Source of the DNA: Acidobacteriota bacterium
GTDB lineage: Bacteria; Acidobacteriota; Vicinamibacteria; Marinacidobacterales; Marinacidobacteraceae
Direction: 5' to 3'
Assembly (NCBI GenBank): GCA_009835985.1
Contig: VXWI01000036.1
Location: forward strand, 81,311 to 145,310
DNA length: 64,000 nt
The translations under genes and the position numbers were made by a program. Numbering within the stretch: position 1 is the first letter of the stretch; the number at the start of each line of letters is the position of its first letter. This document shows positions 9,008 to 18,864 of the stretch, piece after piece. The notes under the pieces were generated by a model that was not told the origin of the DNA, ran no database searches, and worked only from the letters and a program-made list of their open reading frames with translations.

Positions 9008-11908
9008 ATGAGCACCGGTCCGGCGGACGCCCTCGCAACCCGCCTCGACCCGGCGGCCGTAGAGACCGAGGGCTGGGACCGGTGGGAAGAAGCAGCGGCC
9101 TTCCAGACGGAGGTGGATGCCGGCGGACGAACGCGGGCGGGCGGTGACCCGCGTCGGGAGCCCTTCACCATCGTCATCCCGCCTCCCAACATCACGGGCC
9201 GGCTCCACATGGGGCACGCGCTCAACAACACCATTCAGGACGTGCTCATCCGTTACCGGCGGATGGAAGGGCGCGACGCCCTGTGGGTGCCGGGAACCGA
9301 CCATGCGGGCATTTCCACCCAGACCGTGGTCCGCAAGCACCTCGACGCGCAGGGTGTGGACTACCGGGCGCTGGGACGCGACGCCTTCATCGATCGGGTC
9401 TGGGAATGGCGGGAAGAGTTCGGCGGAGTCATTCTGGAGCAGCTTCGCAAGCTCGGCTGTTCGTGCGATCTCCGCCGGACCCGCTTCACGATGGACGAGG
9501 GGCTTTCGCGCGCGGTGCGGACGGTGTTCAAGGCGCTCTACGACCGCGGACTGATCTACCGGGGCAAGCGGGTCGTCAACTGGTGCCCGGTGGACCGGAC
9601 CGCGCTCTCCGACGACGAGGTCGAAACGGCGCCGGAGGGGGAACCGGGCCATCTGTGGAGCATCCGCTACCCGCTCGCTGACGATCCTCGCCATCACCTT
9701 ACGGTGGCCACCACCCGGCCGGAAACGCTCTTCGGGGACGTTGCGGTAGCGGTGCACCCCGAGGATCCCCGCTACCGCGAGTTCATTGGCCGCAAGGTCC
9801 AGCTTCCGCTTACCGGCCGCGTGATTCCGGTGATCGCCGACTCCGGGGTGGAACGCGATTTCGGAACCGGCTGCCTGAAGATCACCCCCGCCCACGATCC
9901 GCACGACTTCGACATCGGCGAGCGTCACGGCCTCGAACCGCTGAACGTGATGAACGAGGACGCGACCCTGAACGATCAGGCGCCGGAGGTGTTCCGGGGG
10001 CTCGACCGGTACGAGGCGCGCCGCGAGGCCGTCGCCGCACTGGAAGCCGTCGGCCTGCTCGAGGCGGTGACCCCCCACCAGGTGCCGCTGGGCCGCGCGC
10101 AGCGTTCCGGGGCGCCGATCGAGTACCGCCTCTCCGACCAGTGGTTCGTCCGGATGCGGCCGCTCGCGGACCGGGCGCTCCGCCGCAGCGGCTTCGAGAA
10201 GGGAGAAGCGGGATGGGAGAAGGTGCGCGAGGGCGAACTCCGGTTCCACCCGGCCCGCTGGGAGCAGGTCTACGCGCGCTGGCTCATCGAGATCCGGGAC
10301 TGGACGATCAGCCGGCAGATCTGGTGGGGACATCGCATCCCGGCGTGGCACCACCGGGAGACCGGTGAAGTCGCCGTCGGAGTCGAAACGCCCGCCGAGG
10401 TTCGCGCCGACCCGGGCGCGTGGCGTCAGGACGATGACGTGCTGGACACCTGGTTCAGTTCCTGGCTCTGGCCGATGAGCACGCTGGGATGGCCGGATGA
10501 GGCACCCGATCTCGCCCGCTACTTCCCGACCTCGGTGCTTTCGACCGACAAGGGAATCCTCTTCTTCTGGGTGGCCCGGATGAACTTCGCGGGGATCGAG
10601 ATGATGGGCCGGCTTCCCTACCGCGACGTCTACATCCATCCCACGGTGCTCGACGAGCGCGGCGCCGTCATGAGCAAGAGCAAGGGGAACGGAGTCGATC
10701 CGCTGGCGGTGATCGACGGGGCCACCCTGGCCGAACTCAAACGGCCCGTGGAGGAAGCCCGCCCCACCAACATGAAGGAACTGCTCCGCCGGGTAGAACG
10801 GAACTTCCCGGACGGCTTTGAGGGCGTGGGCGCCGACGCCCTCCGTTTCACCCTGGTCCGCCTCTGTTCCGAAGGACAGGAGATGCGCCTCTCGCTGTCG
10901 AAGTTCCACGAGATCGGCCGCCGATTCCTCACCAAGCTGTGGAACGCGTCCCGTTTCGCCCTCATTGCCCTGGACGAGATCGAGGACGAAGGCCCGATGG
11001 GCGAACCGCAGGCCGAAGACCGCTGGATCGTCTCCCGGGCGAACGCCTGCGCCGGCGAGGTCCGAAGCGCCCTCGACGGTTTCGATTTCGCGGCAGTGGG
11101 CGCCGTCCTCTACCGTTTCGTCTGGAATGACTTCTGCGACTGGTACGTCGAGTTGGCCAAGGTGCGGCTCCGGTCCGGACCGGAGGCGGCGCGGCGGACT
11201 GCGGCCACCCTGGGAAGCGTCCTGAGCGAGACCCTGCATCTGCTGCATCCCGTGACTCCCTTCGTCACGGAACACCTCTTCGCCCGGCTCCGGTTGGCCA
11301 TGGACCGCAAGGACCTGTGGAACGGTGGACGTCCGCAAGCGGATCTGCTGACGCGCTCGACATTCCCGGACGGGATGGGAGCGCGCGACCGGGAGCTCGA
11401 GGAGCGCTTCGAGGCGCTTCAGCGGCTGGTGAGCGGGATCCGCAAACTCCGCGCCGACGCTGGGCTGCCGCCCGATCTGCGACTGCGGGTCCGGGTCGAG
11501 GAATCGCCCCGTCTCCCCGGGTTCGGCGCCCTCCTCGCGGAGTGCCGGGAACCCGTCGCTTCGCTGGCCCGGCTCACCGGTGTGTCCGTAGCATCGGCCG
11601 GTGGCGCCCCGCTCCCGCCCGGCCGGGAGCCCGACGCCGGCCGGGTTTCCATCGTGGACCCGGCCTTCGAAGCGCACACCACCCTGGGGGACGCCGTCGA
11701 TCTGGAAGCGCTGCGCCACCGCGTCGAACGGCAGCTCGGGCGTTTGGGCAGGGAGCGCGAAAACACCCGGAAACGGCTCTCGAACGCCGGTTTCCTCGCC
11801 GGCGCCGATCCCACCGTGGTCGACCAGGCGCGCGGCAAACTCGCCTCACTGGAAGACCAGACCGAGCGGCTCCGGGAGCTTGCCGGGCAGCTCGGCGGCG
11901 GGCGCTGA
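9008..11908 (+). CDS. valS: Valine--tRNA ligase
   Basis: PPPNITGRLHMGH, GTDHAGISTQ, DWTISRQIWWGHRIP, VMSKSKGNG, C-terminal coiled coil. Confidence 0.97.
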   Translation: MSTGPADALATRLDPAAVETEGWDRWEEAAAFQTEVDAGGRTRAGGDPRREPFTIVIPPPNITGRLHMGHALNNTIQDVLIRYRRMEGRDALWVPGTDHAGISTQTVVRKHLDAQGVDYRALGRDAFIDRVWEWREEFGGVILEQLRKLGCSCDLRRTRFTMDEGLSRAVRTVFKALYDRGLIYRGKRVVNWCPVDRTALSDDEVETAPEGEPGHLWSIRYPLADDPRHHLTVATTRPETLFGDVAVAVHPEDPRYREFIGRKVQLPLTGRVIPVIADSGVERDFGTGCLKITPAHDPHDFDIGERHGLEPLNVMNEDATLNDQAPEVFRGLDRYEARREAVAALEAVGLLEAVTPHQVPLGRAQRSGAPIEYRLSDQWFVRMRPLADRALRRSGFEKGEAGWEKVREGELRFHPARWEQVYARWLIEIRDWTISRQIWWGHRIPAWHHRETGEVAVGVETPAEVRADPGAWRQDDDVLDTWFSSWLWPMSTLGWPDEAPDLARYFPTSVLSTDKGILFFWVARMNFAGIEMMGRLPYRDVYIHPTVLDERGAVMSKSKGNGVDPLAVIDGATLAELKRPVEEARPTNMKELLRRVERNFPDGFEGVGADALRFTLVRLCSEGQEMRLSLSKFHEIGRRFLTKLWNASRFALIALDEIEDEGPMGEPQAEDRWIVSRANACAGEVRSALDGFDFAAVGAVLYRFVWNDFCDWYVELAKVRLRSGPEAARRTAATLGSVLSETLHLLHPVTPFVTEHLFARLRLAMDRKDLWNGGRPQADLLTRSTFPDGMGARDRELEERFEALQRLVSGIRKLRADAGLPPDLRLRVRVEESPRLPGFGALLAECREPVASLARLTGVSVASAGGAPLPPGREPDAGRVSIVDPAFEAHTTLGDAVDLEALRHRVERQLGRLGRERENTRKRLSNAGFLAGADPTVVDQARGKLASLEDQTERLRELAGQLGGGR

Positions 11909-11979
11909 GCGGGAAGCCGTACCGGCGCACTCCCGCGTCCGCATACAATTCCGGCCCGGGCCCAATCCCTGCTGGATCC

Positions 11980-12393
11980 ATGAAGTTCTCGCTGGAGGCG
12001 GCGGCTTCCGCGCTCGGCAACCTGCGCCGGAGGTTCGCAAGTATCCGGGAAGGAGCCCTCCGGAAAGGCTTCGAGTGGAGACGCGTCCTCGCCGAACGAT
12101 CCGAACGCGCGGCGCCCGCGGTCGTGATGGTGCTCATCGCGGTCGCCGCCGCCGCGGTCGGGGTGAGCGGACTCGAGTCGCTGGACGAGCAGGGACAGCG
12201 ACGGGCCGAGTTGGCGGCCGAAATCGAACGGCTCGGCCGGGAGGCCACCGCGCTCGAGGTTTCCATCGCGGCGCTGCGGCACGATCCCGCCGCCTTCGAA
12301 GTTCACGCAAAGACCCACCACCATCTGGTCGAGCCGGGTGAGGTCGTGGTGTTGCTCCGGCCGCCCGGCCCCGGGGCTCTCACCCGTCGCTAG
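11980..12393 (+). CDS. Septum formation initiator (FtsB/DivIC-like)
   Basis: Single TM segment plus leucine-zipper coiled coil ending L..DP..FE..AK...HLVEPGEVV. ATG at 11980; TACAAT at 11944-11949. Confidence 0.7.
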   Translation: MKFSLEAAASALGNLRRRFASIREGALRKGFEWRRVLAERSERAAPAVVMVLIAVAAAAVGVSGLESLDEQGQRRAELAAEIERLGREATALEVSIAALRHDPAAFEVHAKTHHHLVEPGEVVVLLRPPGPGALTRR

Positions 12394-12449
12394 CGGCCTG
12401 CCCGTGGCCTCCGCGGGACCCGGCGGGGGCGGGCTCCGGACCGGTCGGG

Positions 12450-13217
12450 CTACTCGATCCGATACCGGAGCGGAAAGATGTCGCCGTCGCGATCCACCGT
12501 GAGCTCCACCCGGCTGGCGGTCTGGAACCGCTGCACCAGCACCGCCAACGATTCGGCTCCCCGCACTTCCCTGCCGTTGACCTTGAGCAGCACGTCCCCG
12601 GGGACGAGTCCGGTTTCCCCGAGGACGGTGTCGGTGGGAAAGGCGACGAGTTCCAGCCCGACGATCTCGTTCCCGAGCACGCGCGGGGCGACGACGGCGT
12701 TCGACAGGATCCTCGGCAGTTCCGACTGAAGCCGCAGCCTTACGTCATCTCGCGAGAACGTTCGCTCGCCCGCCTCCCGGACTGGCGGAAGACCCTGCGC
12801 CTCGCCCGGCGGGGGTTCCGGCGGCGCCGTTTCGGGACGTGCCGGACTCTCGACGGGTGGCCGCGTGTCGGCCGCCGCCTCGCGGGAAGCCGCGGGCTCC
12901 CCGATCTCGGGCGGAACGAGGCGGTCCGGAAGCCCTACTGCCAGGACCTGCCCGCCGGGCGACTGCAGTCGGACGCCCTCGTCGCGAACCTCCAGGACCC
13001 TGAACCCACGATGGACTTCGCCCACCCGGAGCGCCAGCGGTCGCCCCTCGGCAAACTGCAGCAGCGCGACTCCCCCGTCGCGCTGCTGCACGACTCCGTA
13101 GAGCCGGATGGCGGAGCGTTCCGGGTTTCCGGCCTGCTGGCCGGGGGCTGGCTCACTGCCCGCCACACCGGCCGCCAGGACGAATACCACGCCGAGACGG
13201 CGATCCAGAAGGCGCAT
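12450..13217 (-). CDS. GspC-like (type II secretion protein C) protein with C-terminal PDZ domain
   Basis: N-terminal hydrophobic segment, LYGVV..ALL...LRVGE..GFRVLEVR (HR-like), Pro-rich linker, GLVPGDVLLKVNG PDZ. Start moved to ATG 13217. Confidence 0.7.
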   Translation of the reverse strand: MRLLDRRLGVVFVLAAGVAGSEPAPGQQAGNPERSAIRLYGVVQQRDGGVALLQFAEGRPLALRVGEVHRGFRVLEVRDEGVRLQSPGGQVLAVGLPDRLVPPEIGEPAASREAAADTRPPVESPARPETAPPEPPPGEAQGLPPVREAGERTFSRDDVRLRLQSELPRILSNAVVAPRVLGNEIVGLELVAFPTDTVLGETGLVPGDVLLKVNGREVRGAESLAVLVQRFQTASRVELTVDRDGDIFPLRYRIE

Positions 13218-13274
13218 GAGAGACGGACCCGGAGTGTACGGCGCGCCTGAAGAAGACGCATCGACGGATCGAGG

Positions 13275-13391
13275 AGAGTCCCCCGGGAGCGGGACTCTCG
13301 ACCGAAACGCAACGCCGAACGGGGCGAAGCGAAGTGTTTCAGCCGGGATGGATCGCCGGGCGAACGCCGCGTGGGTTTCACCACACGCTGC
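13275..13391 (-). repeat. Degenerate, truncated copy of the 181-bp MITE
   Basis: Shares gaccgaaacgcaacg, ttcagccgggatg.atcgcc and the terminal gtttcaccacacgctgc-TA; the other TIR is not recognisable. Confidence 0.6.
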
Positions 13392-13968
13392 TAGACTCCC
13401 TCTGAGCACTCGGGGTGTCGGCCCGTCCCGCTGGCGGACCGGCGCTCGCTGGCGCTTCCGATACGCGTTGCGATAACCGGGCCATTTCCAGGCGGGGCCT
13501 TGCCTGGCGGAACTGGCCGGTCCGCCGCATCTCTCGCATCAGAACCGTCGCCGGGCCCGGTGTCTCGGCGCTGCACCGCACGTCGGCGGATCGTCCGCCC
13601 CCGCGCACGGCGCCGGGCCTTCGGGTCTCGAGTGCGAGCGCGCGCAACCCGGGAGACGCCGGACCGGACCTCACGGGGAACGCCCCGGATCCGGCATCCG
13701 GCCAACTGCCGTCCCCAAGACACCCGCACTCCCGAACATCTCCAACCAAGACCCACCAAAGCCCGCGGGGCGACCCGCCGGACCGGCCTCTCCATCCGTA
13801 CCGCCTCCGGCAGCGCCCGCCGATCCCAGTTCCCTCGCGACGGGCCTGCGGCGCGCGGCCAAGGCGCTCACTCGCTCGTGGCCCGGTCGATTCCTGATCG
13901 GTGTCGGAGCCGTCGCTTCCCTTTCCTCGGCGGGCGCGCTCCCACGCTCGTGGACGGCGGATGCGTGG

Positions 13969-15831
13969 ATGGTCTTCGTCATCACCCTGGGCGCGGTGCT
14001 CGTCTACTTCGGGCGCGACCTTCTCGGATGGCTCCTCTACCCCGTCCGGCGGAAGCTGGCGGTGTCCTATCTGTTCGTGGGGCTGTTGCCGGTCCTCCTG
14101 CTGACGTCTTTCTTTCTGCTCGCCTTCTATGTGGTGCTCGGGTTGTTCGGCTCCTATGCCTTCCAGGCCAACCTCGCGGCCCGGGGCACCGCGTTCGCTT
14201 CCGCGGCGCAGCAGGCCCTGCTCGAGATCGCACCGGATTCGGACGGGGCGGAGATCACCCGCGGGCTCCAGGGGGCCGTGGCCCGCGTCGCTCCCTTCGC
14301 GCCCGGAGCAGCAGCCTGGTACCTCGAGATCGAGGACGGGCGCATCGTCCGACTGACCGGATCGGACCCCGGAGGGCCGATTCGCGAGTCCGATGCGGTG
14401 CCCGAGTGGGCCCTCACCCCGTACGAGGGGGTGGTCCAGATGGAGGACACCGAGTGGTTCGGCGCCGTCTTCCCCGGGCTCCGGGGGGACCGCCTGGCCG
14501 TCGTTCTGGCGCCGCTCGCTCCGCTCCTCGAAGCAAGCGCGCGGGAGGAGGACCTGATCGTGCGGACGGTCTGGGCGCTCTATCTCGGGGACCAGAACGA
14601 GGATCCACCGGTCCCGGCCCCTCTCTCGGCGGCGGACAACGACCGCTTCACGATCGACTGGGATGAGCCGCTGCTGCTGGAGGCCCTCCCCTGGGGTCCC
14701 GCGATGGAGGGCGGCACGGTCGTGGTGGCCATCGCGTTCGCTCCGATTCACCTGATCCAGGGAACGACCGGAGGGCTCGCCGAATCGGTGGCCATCAGCA
14801 ATCCGGACTGGCGGAGCGGACTTCTCCTGGTGCTCGGCGGACTGGGCATCGTCTTCGTGCTCATCGAGTGCGTCGCGTTCTCCGCCGGACTCCGGCTCGC
14901 ACGGTCGATCACGCGGTCCGTCGAAGCCCTGAGCCGGGGGACCGAACTGGTCCGGGGTGGAAACTTCGGCCATCAGGTACGCGCCGCGGCGCCCGATCAA
15001 CTCGGAGAGCTCGCCAGCTCGTTCAACATCATGACGGCGAAGATCGCCGACGACATGGGACGCCTCCGGCGGGCGGCGGTGCTGGAGCAGGAGATGGAAA
15101 CCGCGCGACAGTCCCAGGCGCGCCTGCTCCCTCCCGAGGGATCCGTGTCGGTGCCGGGATTCGCGGTCTCCGCGGTCTGCCGCCCCGCAACCGAAGTCGG
15201 GGGCGACTACTACGACCTGATCCCTCTCGGGCCGAACCGGCTGGGGGTGGTGATTGCCGACGTCTCCGGCACCGGTACGCGGGCGGCGTTCATCATGGCC
15301 GAACTCAAGGGTCTGATGCTCGCTCTCAGCCGTATTCACGAGTCCCCCCGCCGGGTCCTGGTCGAAGCGAACCGGGTCCTGCACAACGCACTCGATTCCC
15401 GAACCTTCATCACCATCACCTACGCGGTATTCGACTCCGCGACGGGGCGCGTGACGTTCGCCCGCGCGGGACACAGTCCGCTCCTGCATCTAGTGCGCCA
15501 GGACGGACACTGGCCGCGCTCGGAAGCCCTCGCTCCCCCCGGACTCGGGTTGGCCCTCGACCCGGGACCGGTCTTCGATGAGCTCCTGGAAGAGCGCTCG
15601 GAACGCCTGCACGGCGGGGAGACCTGGCTCTTCTTCACGGACGGCGTCTCGGAGGCCATGAACGCTGAATCCGACATGTTCGGAGAGGAACGCCTGATGC
15701 GGCTCCTGGAAGAGGGAGCGGCCCTCAGGCCGGCGGACCTGCAGCGCACGGTCGAGGACGCCGTCCTGGAGTTCACCGGCGCCGAGACCCACGCGGACGA
15801 TCTGACGATGGTCCTGGTTCGGGTGGACTGA
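13969..15831 (+). CDS. Membrane SpoIIE/PP2C-type Ser/Thr phosphatase with HAMP domain (true start probably further upstream)
   Basis: TM helices, HAMP (DQLGELASSFNIM), EVGGDYYD, IADVSG, FFTDGVSEA, DDLTMV. The frame is open and coding-like back to about 13738. Confidence 0.9.
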   Translation: MVFVITLGAVLVYFGRDLLGWLLYPVRRKLAVSYLFVGLLPVLLLTSFFLLAFYVVLGLFGSYAFQANLAARGTAFASAAQQALLEIAPDSDGAEITRGLQGAVARVAPFAPGAAAWYLEIEDGRIVRLTGSDPGGPIRESDAVPEWALTPYEGVVQMEDTEWFGAVFPGLRGDRLAVVLAPLAPLLEASAREEDLIVRTVWALYLGDQNEDPPVPAPLSAADNDRFTIDWDEPLLLEALPWGPAMEGGTVVVAIAFAPIHLIQGTTGGLAESVAISNPDWRSGLLLVLGGLGIVFVLIECVAFSAGLRLARSITRSVEALSRGTELVRGGNFGHQVRAAAPDQLGELASSFNIMTAKIADDMGRLRRAAVLEQEMETARQSQARLLPPEGSVSVPGFAVSAVCRPATEVGGDYYDLIPLGPNRLGVVIADVSGTGTRAAFIMAELKGLMLALSRIHESPRRVLVEANRVLHNALDSRTFITITYAVFDSATGRVTFARAGHSPLLHLVRQDGHWPRSEALAPPGLGLALDPGPVFDELLEERSERLHGGETWLFFTDGVSEAMNAESDMFGEERLMRLLEEGAALRPADLQRTVEDAVLEFTGAETHADDLTMVLVRVD

Positions 15832-15832
15832 G

Positions 15833-17449
15833 ATGGGGCGCAGGCGCCGCCGGCGCGCCCCGGCGTCGGACCACCGGCCGGTCCTCGAGTTCGCCCGGGG
15901 TCTCGGTTACCGCTTCCAGGACCTCGGACTCCTTGAGGAGGCCCTGACGCACGGCTCGTATCGAAACGATCACGCGGTGGCCGACTACGAGAGGCTGGAA
16001 TTCGTCGGCGACGCGGCGCTCGGACTCGTGGTGACCGAGTCCATGCACTATCAACGCCCGCAATGGGACGGGCAACGGCGACAGGAGACGAAGTCGGAAC
16101 TGGTGAGCAACCAGTCGCTGGCAGCGGCGGCCCGCGCCCTTTCGCTGGACGAGGGCATTCGCGTCGGCCGCGGGCGGAACGCCGGGGAAGAGGTCCGGTC
16201 CTCCGACCGTATCCTCGCCAACGTCTTCGAAGCCGTGCTCGGGGCCGCCTATCTCGACGGTGGGATGCCGGCGGCGCGCGGCGTCCTGGGCGCGGCATTC
16301 AGGAAAAAGCTGCAGCGGCTCCGGCTCAGACCGCCGGAAGGTGTTCCCGGATGGGTCCGCCGAGCCGGCAGCGGGTTGCGTTCCATCGGCCCGCTCGGCA
16401 TCCGGTTCGCCCGCCGCCTCCTCCTGCTGCGCAAGAGGGTCGAACGGGCCCTCGGATACACCTTCGCCAGTCCCGGAATTCTCGCCGCGGCGCTTGACGC
16501 GGGGGACGCCGGGGGGCAACGCTCCCAGGGGAGCCGCCGGGGCAGGAAGCGGAGAACGAGGGGGCGCCGGGCTCCGGCTCCTCCGTCCCCCGGGGCCCCG
16601 GCGGGCGCCGGATTCGCGAGCCGGCCCGCACTGCGCTTCCTCGGCCGGGACGTCATGCATCTGGTGCTGGCGGAGGCGCTGCACGAACATTTCCCCGAGT
16701 GGGACGAAGGGAGGATGACCCTCGCCCGGATGAGGCTGCAGAGCCGGGAGTTCACCCGCTCGCTGAACGAACACTGGTCACTCGGGGATGGTGACGATGC
16801 CGCGGCCAGCGCGGAGGCGGTGATGGGGGCGCTCTACCTGGACGGCAGCCTGGGGGCGGCCCGCCGCGCGCTGGGCCGGCCGTTCGCAACCGCTCTCGAG
16901 GAACTTCGGGATCCCGGCCTGGAACTCCTCGACCCCAAGACGCTGCTCCAGAACCGCCTTGCGCAGGCGGGCAAGGACGCTCCCCGGTACGAACCAAGAC
17001 GCGCACCGCGGACCTCCCGGAGCAACGGGACGGTCTCCGTGACTCTGCGGCTCGCCGATGGACTTACCGAGACCGGTGTTGGCCGAGGCCTCAAGGAGGC
17101 CGAGAAGGACGCCGCGCGGCGGGTCCTCGAACGGCTCGAACGCCGGTCCGGCCGCCGGCGGAGCCGGCCGCGACGAGGATCGGCGGATTCACCGGGCGAA
17201 GCCACCGAAAGGAGTCCAGCCGTCGTCGCCGCGACCGAGAACCCGAAGGGGGCCCTGCAAGAGGCGCTCGTGAAGAAAGAGGGTCGGCTCCCCGTGTATC
17301 GACTCATCTCGGAGAGCGGCCCGGAGCACGAAAAGACCTTTGTCATGGAAGTGCTGGCCGGCCGTCGCGCGCTCGGGAGGGGGGTCGGCCCCAGCAAGCG
17401 CAAGGCCGAAGCCGAAGCGGCCGCCGCCGCCCTGGCCAGCGGGATCTGA
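15833..17449 (+). CDS. rnc: Atypical ribonuclease III: two tandem RNase III domains plus two dsRBDs
   Basis: Domain A: ALTHGSY..YERLEFVGDAAL..ANVFEAVLGAAYLDGG. Domain B: LRFLGRDVMHL..SAEAVMGALYLDGS. dsRBDs: DPKTLLQ.. and NPKGALQE..GPEHEKTF..GPSKRKAE. Confidence 0.85.
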   Translation: MGRRRRRRAPASDHRPVLEFARGLGYRFQDLGLLEEALTHGSYRNDHAVADYERLEFVGDAALGLVVTESMHYQRPQWDGQRRQETKSELVSNQSLAAAARALSLDEGIRVGRGRNAGEEVRSSDRILANVFEAVLGAAYLDGGMPAARGVLGAAFRKKLQRLRLRPPEGVPGWVRRAGSGLRSIGPLGIRFARRLLLLRKRVERALGYTFASPGILAAALDAGDAGGQRSQGSRRGRKRRTRGRRAPAPPSPGAPAGAGFASRPALRFLGRDVMHLVLAEALHEHFPEWDEGRMTLARMRLQSREFTRSLNEHWSLGDGDDAAASAEAVMGALYLDGSLGAARRALGRPFATALEELRDPGLELLDPKTLLQNRLAQAGKDAPRYEPRRAPRTSRSNGTVSVTLRLADGLTETGVGRGLKEAEKDAARRVLERLERRSGRRRSRPRRGSADSPGEATERSPAVVAATENPKGALQEALVKKEGRLPVYRLISESGPEHEKTFVMEVLAGRRALGRGVGPSKRKAEAEAAAAALASGI

Positions 17450-17649
17450 TCACCCGTGGCCGCCTGCTGAAACCGGCGGCGACGCGACCCTCGATCGTTG
17501 CGTGTCGACTGGAAACCACGGGGAGGCCTGCCTCCCGCACGGCGCCGGGAACCACCCGGAGCCGCGCCGTATACTCCGCGCTCCGCGCCGGCGGGACGGA
17601 GGCGGCCAGGAAGGAGCCCGCAGGAACGACCGGAAAGGCGAGGGGAAAC

Positions 17650-18864
17650 TTGGCTGAGCGTCTGAACTTCGATCTGAATGAGGAACACCGCGCCACGGAG
17701 TCGCTGGTTCGCGAGTTCGCTGCCCGCGAGGTGGCGCCGCACATCCGCGAAAACGACGCCGCCAAGGTGTTCGATCGCGAGATCCTGACGGGACTCGGAG
17801 AACTCGGCATCCTCGGGATATCGGTTCCCGAGCGCTATGGCGGTGCGGGACTCGACTACATCTCGCTCGGGCTCGCCTGCGAAGAACTCGAGTACGTGGA
17901 CACGTCGCTGCGGGTCATCATGTCGGTGCATGCCGGCCTGAACTCTCTTTCCTTGCTTGCGTGGGGCAGCGAAGCGCAGAAGGACCGCTACCTGCGGCCG
18001 CAGGCGGAAGGGAAACAGATCGCGACCTACGGACTCACCGAACCCGACGCCGGAAGCGACGCCGTGGGGATTCGGGCCTCGGCCCGGCGCGACGGGCCGG
18101 ACTACGTGCTGACCGGCGAAAAACACTGGATTTCTCTGGCCGAGATCGCCGACAACTTCCTGGTGATCGCATGGACGGATCCCGACAAGCGGGCTCGGCG
18201 GGATCATTCGGGACTCTCGGCCTTCATTGTGGAGCGCTCCTTCCCGGGCTTCGAGTCAGGGAACATGACCCACAAGTGGGGAATCCGCGCCGGCAACACC
18301 GGCTGGTTCCGCATGCACGATGTCCGCGTCCCGTCCGGGAACCGGCTCGGGGAGGAGGGCGAGGGCTTCAAGATCGCCATGTTCGCCCTCGACCAGGGCC
18401 GCTACACGGTCGCCGCCGGCGCCACCGGACTGATCCGCGCCTGCCGTGACGAGAGCGCCCGCTGGGCGCGATCCCGCACTACCTTCGGTCAGGAGATCGG
18501 CCGGCACCAGCTCGTCAAGCAGATGATCGCGAACATGGAACGCGACTACGAGGTGAGCCGGCTGCTGTGGCTCCGTGCCGGAGAGCTGAAGAACCGCGGA
18601 CGCCGGAACACCCGCGAGACTTCACTGGCCAAGTGGGTCTCCACCGTCGCGTCCGAAAGGGCCGCCTCGGACGCCATCCAGATCCACGGGTCCTACGGGT
18701 ATTCGGACGAGTATCCCGTGGGGCGCTTCTGGCGGAACTCCAAGGGCGCCGTGATCTACGAGGGAACCCGCGAGATCCACACCCTCATGCAGGCCGACTA
18801 CGCCCTCGGCTACCGGCAGGACCGCCCCACCCGGGTCAGCCTCCCGGCGCCGGAGGAACATTGA
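17650..18864 (+). CDS. Acyl-CoA dehydrogenase family protein
   Basis: YGLTEPDAGSD, GEEGEGFKIAM..LDQGR, QIHGSYGYSDEYPVGR, IYEGT. Confidence 0.93.
   Translation: MAERLNFDLNEEHRATESLVREFAAREVAPHIRENDAAKVFDREILTGLGELGILGISVPERYGGAGLDYISLGLACEELEYVDTSLRVIMSVHAGLNSLSLLAWGSEAQKDRYLRPQAEGKQIATYGLTEPDAGSDAVGIRASARRDGPDYVLTGEKHWISLAEIADNFLVIAWTDPDKRARRDHSGLSAFIVERSFPGFESGNMTHKWGIRAGNTGWFRMHDVRVPSGNRLGEEGEGFKIAMFALDQGRYTVAAGATGLIRACRDESARWARSRTTFGQEIGRHQLVKQMIANMERDYEVSRLLWLRAGELKNRGRRNTRETSLAKWVSTVASERAASDAIQIHGSYGYSDEYPVGRFWRNSKGAVIYEGTREIHTLMQADYALGYRQDRPTRVSLPAPEEH

Noticed and set aside
8630-9011. ORFs 8630-8989 and 8751-9011, and similar ORFs at 40511-40897 and 51738-52100
   Set aside because: They arise wholly or partly from MITE sequence, show no transposase motifs, and are not consistent between copies.
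8933-11719. Long antisense ORFs (e.g. 928 aa opposite valS; 2293-3579, 13378-15489, 36813-39677, 59049-61214)
   Set aside because: Shadow frames of real genes, caused by high-GC codon bias.
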